This document shows positions 11,843 to 24,829 of a DNA stretch of 59,826 nt, in pieces. The DNA comes from Paraspadella gotoi (lineage: Eukaryota > Animalia > Chaetognatha): the NCBI GenBank assembly GCA_051294375.1, contig CM119267.1:106407-166232 (forward strand). Reading direction: 5' to 3'. The position numbers and the translations under genes are program-made. Positions within the stretch are counted from its first letter, which is position 1. The number at the start of each line of letters is the position of its first letter. The notes beneath the pieces were generated by a model. That model searched no databases. It was not told where the DNA came from and worked only from the letters and a program-made list of their open reading frames with translations.

Positions 11843-14800
11843 GATTGGAAAAGAAGAAAATTGGAAGGAAAAGAGAAATGATTTGTTTCAGTCGGCGGAA
11901 CTAAAAGGTAACCAGTGTCTGCGGCAATGAATGTTAATCCCTTTTAAAAATTTAATACTCGTTATAATTTAAAGGATAATTTATAAGCATAAAAATTATA
12001 ATGTATGTAATAAATAACAAAAATGTAGAAAATTACTTTTATAAAATAAAATTTAAGTCACTTATTAAAAATTTTTAAATTAAAAAATTTACATGTATAG
12101 TGACTCGATACTGCGATTTCGTCTTCATTTATCGGTTTTTGTGATCATATTTTTTTTCGGTTCAAACAATGCAAAAAGTTTATCTTTTTCTCATCGAGAT
12201 TTTTTTTAATTTTTATTTTCAAAAATTCGAAGAGTAATTTAAAATAAGATAATAAAATAATGAGATTAAAACCTAAGTAAATAAGATGTTTCAAAATTAT
12301 TAGAAATGCAAAAATTCACAAATATTTAACTGACTCTAAATCTCTCCGTAACTAATGAAGTCTTTTGTTTTTGATAGGAAACAGTTTTTTTTCTCAACAC
12401 CTTAGCCATCTCTCGTCAAACCAAGAATTTATTTCTAAATCTAATATCTGTTGTATAAAAATTTTTCTAGCGTTCTTTGAATTTCACATTAGGAAAATAG
12501 CATTTATTTATAAATAATATATATTTTTTCAATTAATCTATGTAAATGTTTAATCCGTTAAAATATTGAAAAACAAAAGACAATCAAAAATCACGGCATC
12601 TTATATGTGGCTCTCTTTTCCCAAGAGCCCCCATTTCCTTTCCTTTGATTTTAACCTTAATATTTAACCTAAACATATTCTTTGCCTTATTAACCTAAAT
12701 TACTATCTAGATCATAATTGTTGAAAAAGTTCATTTATTCAATAAAAAAAATACAAAATATGGGTAAAACATTCTCAATATTTAGTGTTCCCTCCCTCAG
12801 CATTGATTACCCCCGCATTTTTTGGGTATGATTTCGTACAGCAAATTGAAGTATGAGGGTAAAATGTTTTTCCATACCTTTAAAGCAATTCTTTTTAGCC
12901 CGCTGCCAATATTATGCAACTTTCCATTTTTTTATGAACCAAAAGAGGTGCCCTGCTTTTGGCATTCTCAAATAAACAAGTTTGAGCAAACAACGTCGGA
13001 TCTGTCTCCGATAATAAAGCGGTATTAAGCTAATCCGCTGATAAATCACGATAATTCTTTCTGACTTTCTATTTGTGATCATAACAGATCATAACAAATA
13101 AAAATGTAACAAATCAGACAGACTTTTTTTTAATTAGAAAAAAATGTAAAAATAAATTGATCTGTTAATAGTTACCAGTAGCTGTGCATAATTTTGTCAA
13201 ATTGGGTAATTTGAACAACGTGCATTATTTGGTCAAGCGTTTATTAAATATGATTCAAAAAGTGAGGAAAGAATAATGTTGTAATAATGAACATTAATGT
13301 ATAAAAAGATTATTATAATTTTGCAATATAGCATTAGGCTATATTTATATATAGTACTAACCTTATAAATGTTAAAATTTCAAAATGGTTTTTTATCAGA
13401 TTTTTTCGCAAATTTGGATTCTTCATAAAAAGTTGATTAAAGAGAATATAACTCTTTTTTTAAAATCTCCTGTAGCCATATGTAAATCCTTTCTATTTCG
13501 TTGCTATTTAGAATTGTAAAATAAAACTGTTTTTCTTTACATTAATTCTTACATTAAGTTGGTCAAAAATTAAAAAAACCTTAATTTTAAGCTGAAAATT
13601 TAATTTTTATATATTAAATATTAATACCAATGTGGCGAGACGCCGGATTATGATTGTCGGCGTTGCCACGAACTTGAAGGACGCCGTAGACTTGGCGACG
13701 TGCTGGAGAGGATCGTCAGGGTCTGCCAAGTGGCGTCAGCACAAAGTTGAAGTTCTTAGATTGTTCCAATCGATAAAATCAGTTAGTGAACAAAGTTCTT
13801 AATTTTGTTCCATTAGCATTGTATTAAAACCTTAATAAATAATCAAAGCATATAGATATTCAATACAATGCAATTAACACTTAAAAGAAATTGATTAACA
13901 ATGCAATAATCAAATAACAATTATCAAATCAATAATTAACAGTAACGATTGGTTAGAATTAGATGACTCCATTTTGTATAGTTGAAAACTAGGAGAAATA
14001 GTGAATTAACTTCACTCAACAATAAAATAATTAAACTCGCTAGATGGCATAGTTAATATAGTATGAATAGATTGTTTCATATGTCTAAAATAAGTGACAG
14101 TAATAATTGATATAAGTTTTATATAAGGAACTGAGAAGTGAGGCAGATGTGAGCTCACAGTGATTATTCACTCGTGGCTCAGAGATTCGGGGATCGAATC
14201 CACAAATATAGTTTAATTTAATTTTAACCTACTTTATGAAACAATTTTTTAAAAACGAGTTATATGAGTAATGGAGTAATGAGTAATTGGCGTTCAAAGC
14301 TAAGGGGGACGGACGACGGACATACCGATGGACATACGGCGGACGGCGGACATATTTCTTTCTCATAATTTTCTATAATTCGATGTTCTGAGATGATAAG
14401 ACAAGATAATGGGTGCGACCGACAGACCGACAAAGTGAATTATAGAGTCGGAATCTGATGATAAGCAGATCCGACTAAAGATACAATCCGTTGCATAGGT
14501 GATGATCGATAAAACATCAATATTTGACATTTCTTTCAGAGCCTGTTCGAAAGGGAATTTTCTTAAGGTCGAGCTCGGCGACGAACATTTTTCTCCAGTC
14601 GATGGCAGAAAATGATTATAGGCAAAGTTCATCTTTGCGACAGTGCAAAATTTAGAAATCAGTCACCCCTTCATTTCAAAATCTATGCTTTTTTGACCGT
14701 TACTGTCATTTTCTGATCACTATAGCAAGTTAATAACGAAACAAGACCCTGGAAAAAGACTCTCTCAAGTTTAGATTTTTAACTCCTAAGATACCTGGGT

Positions 14801-15490
14801 CCCTTGCCTTTTAAATGAGTTACAACCATAATAAAAAAAATTTTCATTCATTCATTTAAAAAAAAGGCTATCTTGCCCCTGACTTTGAACAGGCTATTAT
14901 AGACTTTATTCTTTTCAAACTATATCTTTCACTTCGATCCATTATCCACCCCTAATTTCCCATCTCCCATTTTTAGTATCGCTGCGAGTACTAGCGGATG
15001 AAGTCTAAAGTCACTTTTTGGTCGGTCGGTCGGTCTGTCGATCTGTCGTCGGGTCGGTCGGTATGTCTGTCCATCAATCTGTCCCACTTACGTAAAAACT
15101 CTTATAATATAGTTGTTGTTCATTTGTTTAGTCAGGAAAAAAACTTCAAATCTAAGTGACTGCGAGCGGCGCCTTCAGGAAATCCTAAAACTATAAAAAA
15201 ACAAAAGACGGAATCCGATGCATGTCATATATACACAGCGCTAAAAAAGTTATTGTAGTATGCAGTCATGTCATGTCACGTAATATAATGTCATGTCACG
15301 TCATGTCATATCATGTCACGAGCAATCACTGCGGGGACAACACTTTTGAATTACCATTCTTGTTTGACATTTACCAACATTTTCTAAAAGTTCAACCTTT
15401 GACGTCATATCACCTTGCCATCCTTTGAAAGAAAGATATGTCTATGTATGTCTTTATTTAATCTCATTGGAAAGCCACCATTGTGGCCCT
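9967..15490 (-). other. ~5.5-kb inverted duplicate of ~17843-23385, bounded by gaps; probably an uncollapsed alternative haplotype
   Basis: The reverse-complement match holds wherever I compared it, differing mainly by 1-bp indels. N gaps lie at 9942-9966 and 15596-15620. Confidence 0.85.
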
Positions 15491-15639
15491 GAAAATGTTG
15501 GTAAATGTCAAACAAGAATGGTAATTCAAAAGTGTTGTCCCGCAGTGACTGCCTCGTGACATGATATGACATGACGTGACATGACATTATATTACNNNNN
15601 NNNNNNNNNNNNNNNNNNNNTTTTGAACAATATTAAAGA

Positions 15640-17739
15640 TGGAAAAACAAATTTGAGAGTATTAGAACAGCAATGATAAAGTTCTCCAAGAAGTTAATAT
15701 TTGGCTTCAGGTATGCATGCGGATACAATATATTTGTTTTCACCTCTCTTTCGTTTGTTTTATAATAATCTAAAAAACAAAAAGAATCAAATAGAAAAGA
15801 AGAAAAATACAAATTAGAAAAAAATTTTGACAAGTTTTCTTTGTTGTCCTTTTACTTTAATAGCAAAGAGTGAATTAAAAAGGGAAGAATGAAAGAGAGA
15901 AGAAGAAAAAAAAGTTTTCATTGATTGCGTAGTAAAAGTAAAACCTAAAACCTATAACAAATATATCTTCCAAAGTAAATGCGACGACTCGTCCTTGATA
16001 CGATCCATTGTAGCAAGCTCCAAAACTTTCTGTATATAGGTCGACCTCGAATGTGACATTAAGTATTGAAGAGAATACTATAAAGGGGAGAGATAAAAAA
16101 AAAAACTGCAGAAGAGATGATCAATAAACAATGCAAGATTTGACTTTTTAGGATGAGATAAAATTTTCTTTATTGGGAGTAGAATTAAAATATTATTGCC
16201 AGGGGAGAAAAACTTGCCAATAACAAATTATGTGACCGATTGTATTGTTTCTTTTTTGGCTGCCAAAGGTCTTGCTGTTTTGTCTGAATGTTTGTTCTAA
16301 TAAGGTTCATTAGCAAAAAAATAAAAGGGACTCGAAAGCTAAAGAAAATTTTAGAACATTTTTATTAAGACCTAATAATATAAATATATCAATTAGGCAA
16401 AAATCATTTCAATTGATAATAAGAGGAAAATCATTTTTTTCCTTAAAATAATAATGTGTCATTGCCGAGAAATAGCGCAAAATTATTCTCGTATAACTGC
16501 TCATTAATTGAAGGCCTTGAGTTCAATAACATATGGTAGTGGTTGCTTAATTGCATTCATTAATTCCCTTTTTTTTAAATTAACTTTAATATTTACATTT
16601 TTGCTCATGATTTTTCTTATAATATTGTAATTTGTAGTCTACATGTGATCGCCATTGAATGTGTGCGTTAGTTGCAAACCAATGCTTAAATTTACAAAAT
16701 ATGGTTTCTGTATAGAATTGTGAAGTTGGAAATTTTAGACTCAGAGAAAAGAGAAAAAAATTAAGGAATATTAATATAATTCTTTGGGCAGAAATTTTCA
16801 GTTACTTTGAAAATGATTGGATTTTTAAAAAAGGTAACATTTTTCTTTAAAGATTTTATGAAGAAGGCAATTCTGAAAAGGTGAACACGCGCAAAATTAA
16901 AAAAGGAGAAAATAAAACAAAAATGAATGAATATTGAGTCGTAAAGGAAAATATGAAATAAAGGCCCAATCCAAAGCCCATGGTAGCTTGAAACACATCC
17001 CAAAACAGTGCTTGCGGTTATGATAAATGGATTTTTGTTGGAAATCAGAATCTTAGAATTGCGAAGTTTTAAAACAATTCCAATCAAAGAAGTTGATGAC
17101 ATGGCCATGGAAATAATTAAAGTGAAATCACGGATTTCCCAGCTACATACCCCAGCTGGATAATAGACTTTTCCATTCTCACAAATACAGTTTGAGTTTG
17201 TTGGTATTAAACTTGAGTTTTTGTAAACATAAACAGCTCCTTCAATTGAGGTTATAAATAAATGAGTCAACTTGCTCTCTAGGTGGGGCAAACATAATTC
17301 GTCCGTAAAGATCATTTGTGAAAAACTCGATGCCGTCTTGCAAAAGCAATTGCAAGAAAGATTCCAGAAAGGCGTGAATCAAACTCAAATTGAAAATGTG
17401 ATTTTCTTTTAATTGCAGAACGATGGGTCTGATACGACTTTGTCGTTTCTATGTTTTGAGGTATAGCCGCTCGTCCAATTGCGTGACAAAAAATTGTTAA
17501 TGTTTTTCGTCCTGGTGTTTTCCAAAGAAGTGGGTAGTGACTTTGATGCTTGATGATAATTATTAATCCATATATCATGGAAACAAGGCAACAATTAATG
17601 AACACGGCCAAGAGCAAAAATCCAAGAATTTTAATCACTTGATTGTGCGACTGTAGATGAAATACAATGGCCCTTATATCGGTCAAAGTGTCCACAATTT
17701 CTAAGACAGTCGCTATAAGTCCCGCAAATTAAGATACAT
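15640..17739 (-). CDS. Apparently intronless multi-pass membrane protein, XK-related (XKR)-like; continuous copy with 1-bp frameshifts, 3' end uncertain
   Basis: MYLKFAGLIATVLEIVDTLTDIRAIVFHL..ILGFLLLAVFINCCLVSMIYG resembles the XK TM1 'D-x-x-T-D' motif and TM2. Many later hydrophobic segments follow. Frameshift positions differ between the two copies. Confidence 0.45.
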
Positions 17740-20700
17740 TTTTTTGTTCAAAAAAACATCAATAATGAAATTGTAAAATATTCAGGAGTCAAAATATTTT
17801 TTTTTAAATAATTTTATCTATTTCAGATGGAGGTGAAATGAATAGGGCCACAATGGTGGCTTTCCAATGAGATTAAATAAAGACATACATAAAGACATAT
17901 CTTCTTTCAAGAGATGGCAAGGTGATATGACGTCAAAGGTTGAACTTTTAGAAAATGTTGGTAAATGTCAAACAAGAATGGTAATTCAAAAGTGTTGTCC
18001 CGCAGTGACTGGCCTCGTGACATGATATGACATGACGTGACATGACATTATATTACGTGACATGACATGACTGCATAACTTACAATAACTTTTTTAGCCT
18101 GTGTATATATGACATGCATCGGATTCCGTCTTTTGTTTTTTTATAGTTTTAGGATTTCCTGAAGGCGCCGCTCGCAGTCACTTAGATTTGAAGTTTTTTT
18201 CCTGACTAAACAAATGAACAACCAACTATATTATAAGAGTTTTTTACGTAAGTGGGACAGATTGATGGACAGACATACCGACCGACCGACCGACAGATCG
18301 ACAGACCGACCGACCGACCAAAAAGTGACTTTAGACTTCATCCGCTAGTACTCGCAGCGATACTAAAAATGGGAGATTGGGAAATTAGGGGTGGATAATG
18401 GATCGAAGTGAAAGATATAGTTTGAAAAGATAAAGTCTATCATAGCCTGTTCAAAGTCAGGGGCAAGATAGCCTTTTTTTTAAATGAATGAATGAAAATT
18501 TTTTTATTATGGTTGTACTCATTTAAAAGCAAGGGAACCCAGGTATTCTAGGAGTTAAAAATCTAAACTTGAGAGAGTCTTTATTCCAGGGTCTTGTTTC
18601 GTTATTAACTTGCTATAGTGATTCAGAAAATGACAGTAACGGTCAAAAAAGCATAGATTTTGAAATGAAGGGGTGACTGATTTCTAAATTTTGCACTGTC
18701 GCAAAGATGAACTTTGCCTATAATCATTTTCTGCCATCGACTGGAGAAAAATGTTCGTCGCCGAGCTCGACCTTAAGAAAATTCCCTTTCGAACAGGCTC
18801 TGAAAGAAATGTCAAATATTGATGTATTATCGATCATCACCTATGCAACGGATTGTATCTTTAGTCGGATCTGCTTATCATCAGATTCCGACTCTATAAT
18901 TCACTTTGTCGGTCTGTCGGTCGCCACCCATTATCTTGTCTTATCATCTCAGAACATCGAATTATAGAAAATTATGAGAAAGAAATGATGTCCGTCCGTC
19001 CGTCCGTCCGTATGTCCATTGGTATGTCCGTCCGTCCGTCCCCCCTTAGCTTTGAACGCCAATTACTCATTACTCATTACTCAATATAACTCGTTTTTAA
19101 AAAATTGTTTCATTAAGTAGGTTAAAATTAAATTAATACTATATTTGTGGATTCGATCCCCGAATCTCTGAGCCACGAGTGAATAATCACTGTGAGCTCA
19201 CATCTGCCTCACTTCTCAAGTTCCTTATATAAAAACTTATATCAATTATTACTGTCACTTATTTTAGACATATGAACAATCTATTCATACTATATTAACT
19301 ATGCCATCTAGCGAGTTTAATTATAATTATTGTTGAGTGAAGTTAATTCACTATTCTCCTAGTTTCAACTATACAAAATGGAGTCATCTAATTCTACCAA
19401 TCGTTACTGTTAATTATTGATTTGATAATTGTTATTTGATTATTGCATTGTTAATCAATTTCTTTTAAGTGTTAATTGCATTGTATTGAATATCTATATG
19501 CTTTGATTATTTTTATTAAGTATTTAATACAATGCTAATGGAACAAATTAAGAACTTTGTTCACTAACTGATTTTATCGATTGGAACAATCTAAGAACTT
19601 CAACTTTGTGCTGACGCCACTTGGCAGACCCTGACGATCCTCTCCAGCACGTCGCCAAGTCTACGGCGTCCTTCAAGTTCGTGGCAACGCCGACAATCAT
19701 AATCCGGCGTCTCGCCACATTGGTATTAATATTTAATATATAAAAATTAAATTTTCAGCTTAAAATTAAGGTTTTTTCTAATTTTTGACCAACTTAATGT
19801 AAGAATTAATGTAAAGAAAACAAAGTTTTATTTTACAATTCTAAATAGCAACGAAATAGAAAGGATTTACATTATGGCTACCAAGAGATTTTAAAAAAAG
19901 AGTTATATTTCTTTTAATCAACTTTTTATGACGAATCCAAATTTGCGAAAAAATCTGATAAAAAACCATTTTGAAATTTTAACATTTATAAGGTTAGTAC
20001 TATATATAAATATAGCCTAATGCTTATATTGCAAAAATTATAATAATCTTTTTATACATTAATGTTCATTATTACAACATTATTCTTTCCTCACTTTTTG
20101 AATCATAATTTAATAAACGCTTGACCAAATAATGCACGTTGTTCAAATTACCCAATTTGACAAAATTATGCACAGCTACTGGTAACTATTAACAGATCAA
20201 TTTATTTTTACATTTTTTCTTAAATTATAAAAAAGTCTGTCATGATTTGTTACATTTTTATTTGTTATGATCTGTTATGATCACAAATAGAAAGTCAGAA
20301 AGAATTATCGTGATTTATCAGCGGATTAGCTTAATACCGCTTTATTATCGGAGACAGATCCGACGTTGTTTGCTCAAACTTGTTTATTTGAGAATGCCAA
20401 AAGCAGGGCACCTCTTTTTGGTTCATAAAAAATGGAAAGTTGCATAATATTGGCAGCGGGGCTAAAAAGAATTGCTTTAAAGGTATGGAAAAACATTTTA
20501 CCGTCATACTTCAATTTGCTGTACGAAATCATACCCAAAAAATGCGGGGGGTAATCAATGCTGAGGGAGGGAACACTAAATATTGAGAATGTTTTACCCA
20601 TATTTTGTATTTTTTTTATTGAATAAATGAACTTTTCAACAATTATGATCTAGATAGTAAGTTTAGGTTATAAGGCAAAGAATATGTTTAGGTTAAATAT

Positions 20701-21514
20701 TAAGGTTAAAATCAAAGGAAAGGAAATGGGGCGCTTTGGGAAAAGAGAGCCACATATAAGATGCGTGATTTTTGATTGTCTTTTGTTTTTCAATATTTTA
20801 CGGATTAAACATTTACATAGATTAATTGAAAAAATATATATTATTTATAAATAAATGCTATTTTCCTAATGTGAAATTCAAAGAACGCTAGAAAAAATTT
20901 TATACAACAGATATTAGATTTAGAAATAAATTCTTGGTTTGACGAGAGATGGCTAAGGTGTTGAGGAAAAAAAACTGTTTCCTATCAAAACAAAAGACTT
21001 CATTAGTTACGGAGAATTTAGAGTCAGTTAAATATTTGTGAATTTTTGCATTTCTAATAATTTTGAAACATCTTATTTACTTAGGTTTTAATCATTATTT
21101 TATTATCTTATTTTAAATTACTCTTCGAATTTTTGAAAATAAAAATTAAAAAAAATCTCGATGAGAAAAAAAGATAAACTTTTTGACTTTTGACCGAAAA
21201 AAAAATATGATCACAAAAACGATAAATGAGACGAATCGCAGTATCGAGTCACTATACATGTAAATTTTTTAATTTAAAAAACTTTTTAATAAGTGACTTA
21301 AATTTTATTTTATAAAAGTAATTTTCTACATTTTTGTTATTTATTACATACATTATAATTTTTATGCTTATAAATTATCCTTTAAATTTAATAAGAGTAT
21401 TAAATTTTTAAAAGGGATTAACATTCATTGCCGCAGACACTGGTTACCTTTTAGTTCCGCCGACTGAACAAATCATTTCTCTTTTCCTTCCAAATTTTTT
21501 CTTCTTTTCCAATC

Positions 21515-24212
21515 ATGGGGTCGACCAAAAGAAAACTCAAATTTGGAACTTACCCTGTCTCTCTGATCGGAACTCACCTTTTGCTCGTCGTCATCGTCGT
21601 CGTCGGCGTCGACACGTGCAGCGCTAGCGGTGATATTAATATTTAAACCTAAGTCTTGTGGGCCTATTTCATAATTAATGTTAAAACTTAAGTCTTGTTG
21701 GCCTTTTTTCATAATTTGTTTATTTCATTAATTACGTCGATAAACTTTAGCTAGAAAATCCAGAAAATTCTTAATTTTTTATTTTTTTAAGGTTTTTGCG
21801 AAAGAGAAAAAGATGTTGATTATTACGGGTTTAATTTGGGTCAACCCATCTACGGTACCCATATTGACTTTTGCGAAAAAAAGTGCATGAAGACTGAAAA
21901 ATGCGAAGGTTAGGACACAAGAACGAAAAATATCAGTAAATATATATATTTTTAAAACCAAGGTTTATTATTATTAATCTCATTAGGTTATATCTTTTCC
22001 TATGGCGCCTGCTATTTCAAAACTAGATTGACAAATAAACAATTTTTCAAGGGCTCAACGGCCGGAAAATGTAGAAGAGATCCCGGTAAGAAAAAAAACC
22101 TAAAACTGATAATTTGAAGGCAAATTAATTTTTCGGAAATTGATAAAATCAATTTGAAATTGAAAATTATCCATATATTCATCCACTTGAAAAAGTATCT
22201 TGACCCTCACAATAAAAAGTCTATGGTATACATATATTTATGACTCCAAATAAAATAAATATGACAATTAATTTATATAATTCTTTTTTTTAAAAGTTTT
22301 AATTGAAATATATTTTTTCAGGTCTTTGCAAGAAGGAAAAAGATGTTGATTATTTTGGCGGTGATTTAGGAAATCCTATCTTTGATGTGACAACCGATTT
22401 TTGTGAAAAAACTTGCGTGAAAACACTTGGCTGCATCGGTAATATTATCCTTTCTTCATCTCTAAAAGTTGTTAAAATTAACAAAGCGAAAACAAAGGTT
22501 TAGTGAGCAAAATATGCAATTTAACAGGGTACGTGTATTTCTACGACACTTGCTATTTGAAATCTAATATGACCCACAGACAAGACTTTAAGGGATCAAT
22601 GGCCGGAATATGTAGAACAAAACCAGGTAATGCTCGTTTATGATGATATCATATAAAGTTTGGAGTTTTATACTTCTGAAACAAACAAAGTGGTAATTAT
22701 ATTATCTTTTTTTAATCAAATAAATGTAAAACTTCAAAAACTAAACTTTGCTTTCTAATTAACTTAAAACAAAGATTAACAAAGGATATAACTAGGAGAC
22801 AAATTCATTATGAAATATTTTAAAAGTAAAATAATATTTTGTTGTTTATCAAGATCATTGCGAGAAGCAAGAAAACAAGGCTTACGTTGGATACACTTTG
22901 AAAACAATCTCCTACTCAGACATCAACTCCTGCGAAAAGAGTTGCATAGATATGGACCAATGCGCTGGTGAGTTTTTAATGACCTCAAACAAAATCAAGT
23001 TCAACTTTTAATTACCCTCAATGACTAAGTTTGTTTTGAAATAAGTGTTAATAAGATGTACAAGATAAGATGTATATATAAGATGTATGTCTTCAGAACA
23101 TCTGTGGAATCCTTATTAATCATTAAATTAAATAATTCTAGAGAAAGTCTTTCAAGTGACTATAATGAGAACCTTAGTGCAAAAGCAAAATAATTTTTTT
23201 TTGGTATTTTCTATTATAAATTCTGCTGCTTTTGAAGAAGATATAAATATGCACATTAAAATAATTTAAAAAAAAATAGTAATTGCTTTAGCTCAGATTG
23301 CTAAATAATTCGAATTTTACTTCAATGTAGTTAAAATTCAGGTTATGTTGTTTCGTACGACCCCTGGAACCGCTACGACTGTCGCTTAAAAAGTCACATG
23401 GAAGGTGGATATTATGACTCCCATTCCACATCAGGAATCTGCAGAAAGGAATTTAATGACTCTGTGTCTGGTACGTTGCAATTTTGAAAGATGAAACAAG
23501 GAGTCATTCCATCTGCTGCATAACATAATATGATAATATGATATAATATGATAACATCAAAGATTTGATCAGCAGCTTAGATTAACTTTATTTATTCGAT
23601 CTTCTTCTATCTCTTTTCCGACCTTCAATTCCCTTTGAAACAGGTTACACCGACGAAGGACTTATTCAACCTGACCTTCCAAGCCTTCCTCAGAACGTCC
23701 CGATTGACAACCCTGGCCTCACTCTGCCCAGGAAAAGCGCATCCAAGAAAAGTGCGCCCAAAGACACCATGCCAAAGGACAGCAGACACAAGAATAGCGT
23801 GCCCAAAGATACCACGCCCAAGGCTAGCGCACCCAAAGATACCCAGACCAAAGATAGCACACCCAAGAATAGCACACTCAAAGATACCACGCCCAAGAAT
23901 AGCGCACCAAATTATAGCGTGCCCAAAGATACCACAACTAAAGATAGCTCACCCAAAAATAGCGTGCCCAAAGACACCACAACCAAAGATATCGGACTCA
24001 AGAATAGCACGCCCAAAGATACCACAACCAAAGATAGCGGACTCAAGAATAGCACGCCCAAAGATACCACGACTAAAGAGAGCGGACTCAAGAATAGCAC
24101 GCCCAAAGATACCACGCCAAAAAAAAGCGGATCCAAGCATCCCGTTCAACATCCGATGAGAAAGGAACTTCTTCCTCGACGGCGACGACTCCTTGGTCAT
24201 CGCCTCTTGTGA
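21515..24212 (+). CDS. PAN gene A: secreted protein with signal peptide, 3 PAN/Apple domains and a (PKDTT/KNSxP) pentapeptide-repeat tail; exons 21515-21629, 21792-21908, 21987-22085, 22322-22438, 22528-22626, 22854-22967, 23342-23470, 23644-24212
   Basis: All introns are GT-AG and phase 1, and the spliced frame is open. Each exon pair gives C-x5-DYxGxxL..C-x3-C-x5-C-x-GY..CYLK..G-x-C, the six-Cys PAN/Apple pattern. Confidence 0.88.
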
Positions 24213-24829
24213 AGTCATCGCCTCTTAAGAAGTTTGATGGATAAGATTTTTCAGTTCGAGGCAAAGACTGAATTCAAAGTCGTTCATAATGCGTTTCTTC
24301 TCGTTGCAAATCGAAATTAGAGAACGAAATTTAATTAACTTAAAATGGAAACGCAGGCAATAATTCAGGGGCATCAGTTTCATCAATTATGGTTGGAATG
24401 ATTGAATATTTTATTTGATTACAAATGGTATTGATTTAGGTGAACATTTCACTGGAAAGCTTTTTCTCATTTTTTTTAATAACTTTATTCAAGTTTGTTG
24501 TTTAATTAATATCATCAATAATTGTTGTACATTTGTTGTACATTTGTTGTACATTTACAGTATAAGTTAGACAGACAAAAACTTACAATTAAATCTCACT
24601 TAAAATACAGAAGTTACAAGTAATTTTTTTTAATTTCATACAATTTGTATTCATCAAATATAAAAATATAAATTAAAAGAAAATGTGGACGTGTGAGTTA
24701 AAGTTGACACTTATGGTGCAGAGATAAGTTGATTTCTTTTATCTAAAACTAGAAATGTAAAATGCGTTTTTAGTTTTTTCTCTATGTTCAGCTTTTGTTA
24801 TTTAGAAAAAAAACCCAGGAATTTCTACC

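Noticed and set aside
18700-19725. GC-richer blocks (18707-18850 and 19590-19722, mirrored at 14490-14640 and 13628-13760) as exons of another gene
   Set aside because: I could not build a consistent spliced ORF or recognise a motif. ORF 18707..18967 runs into a repeat.
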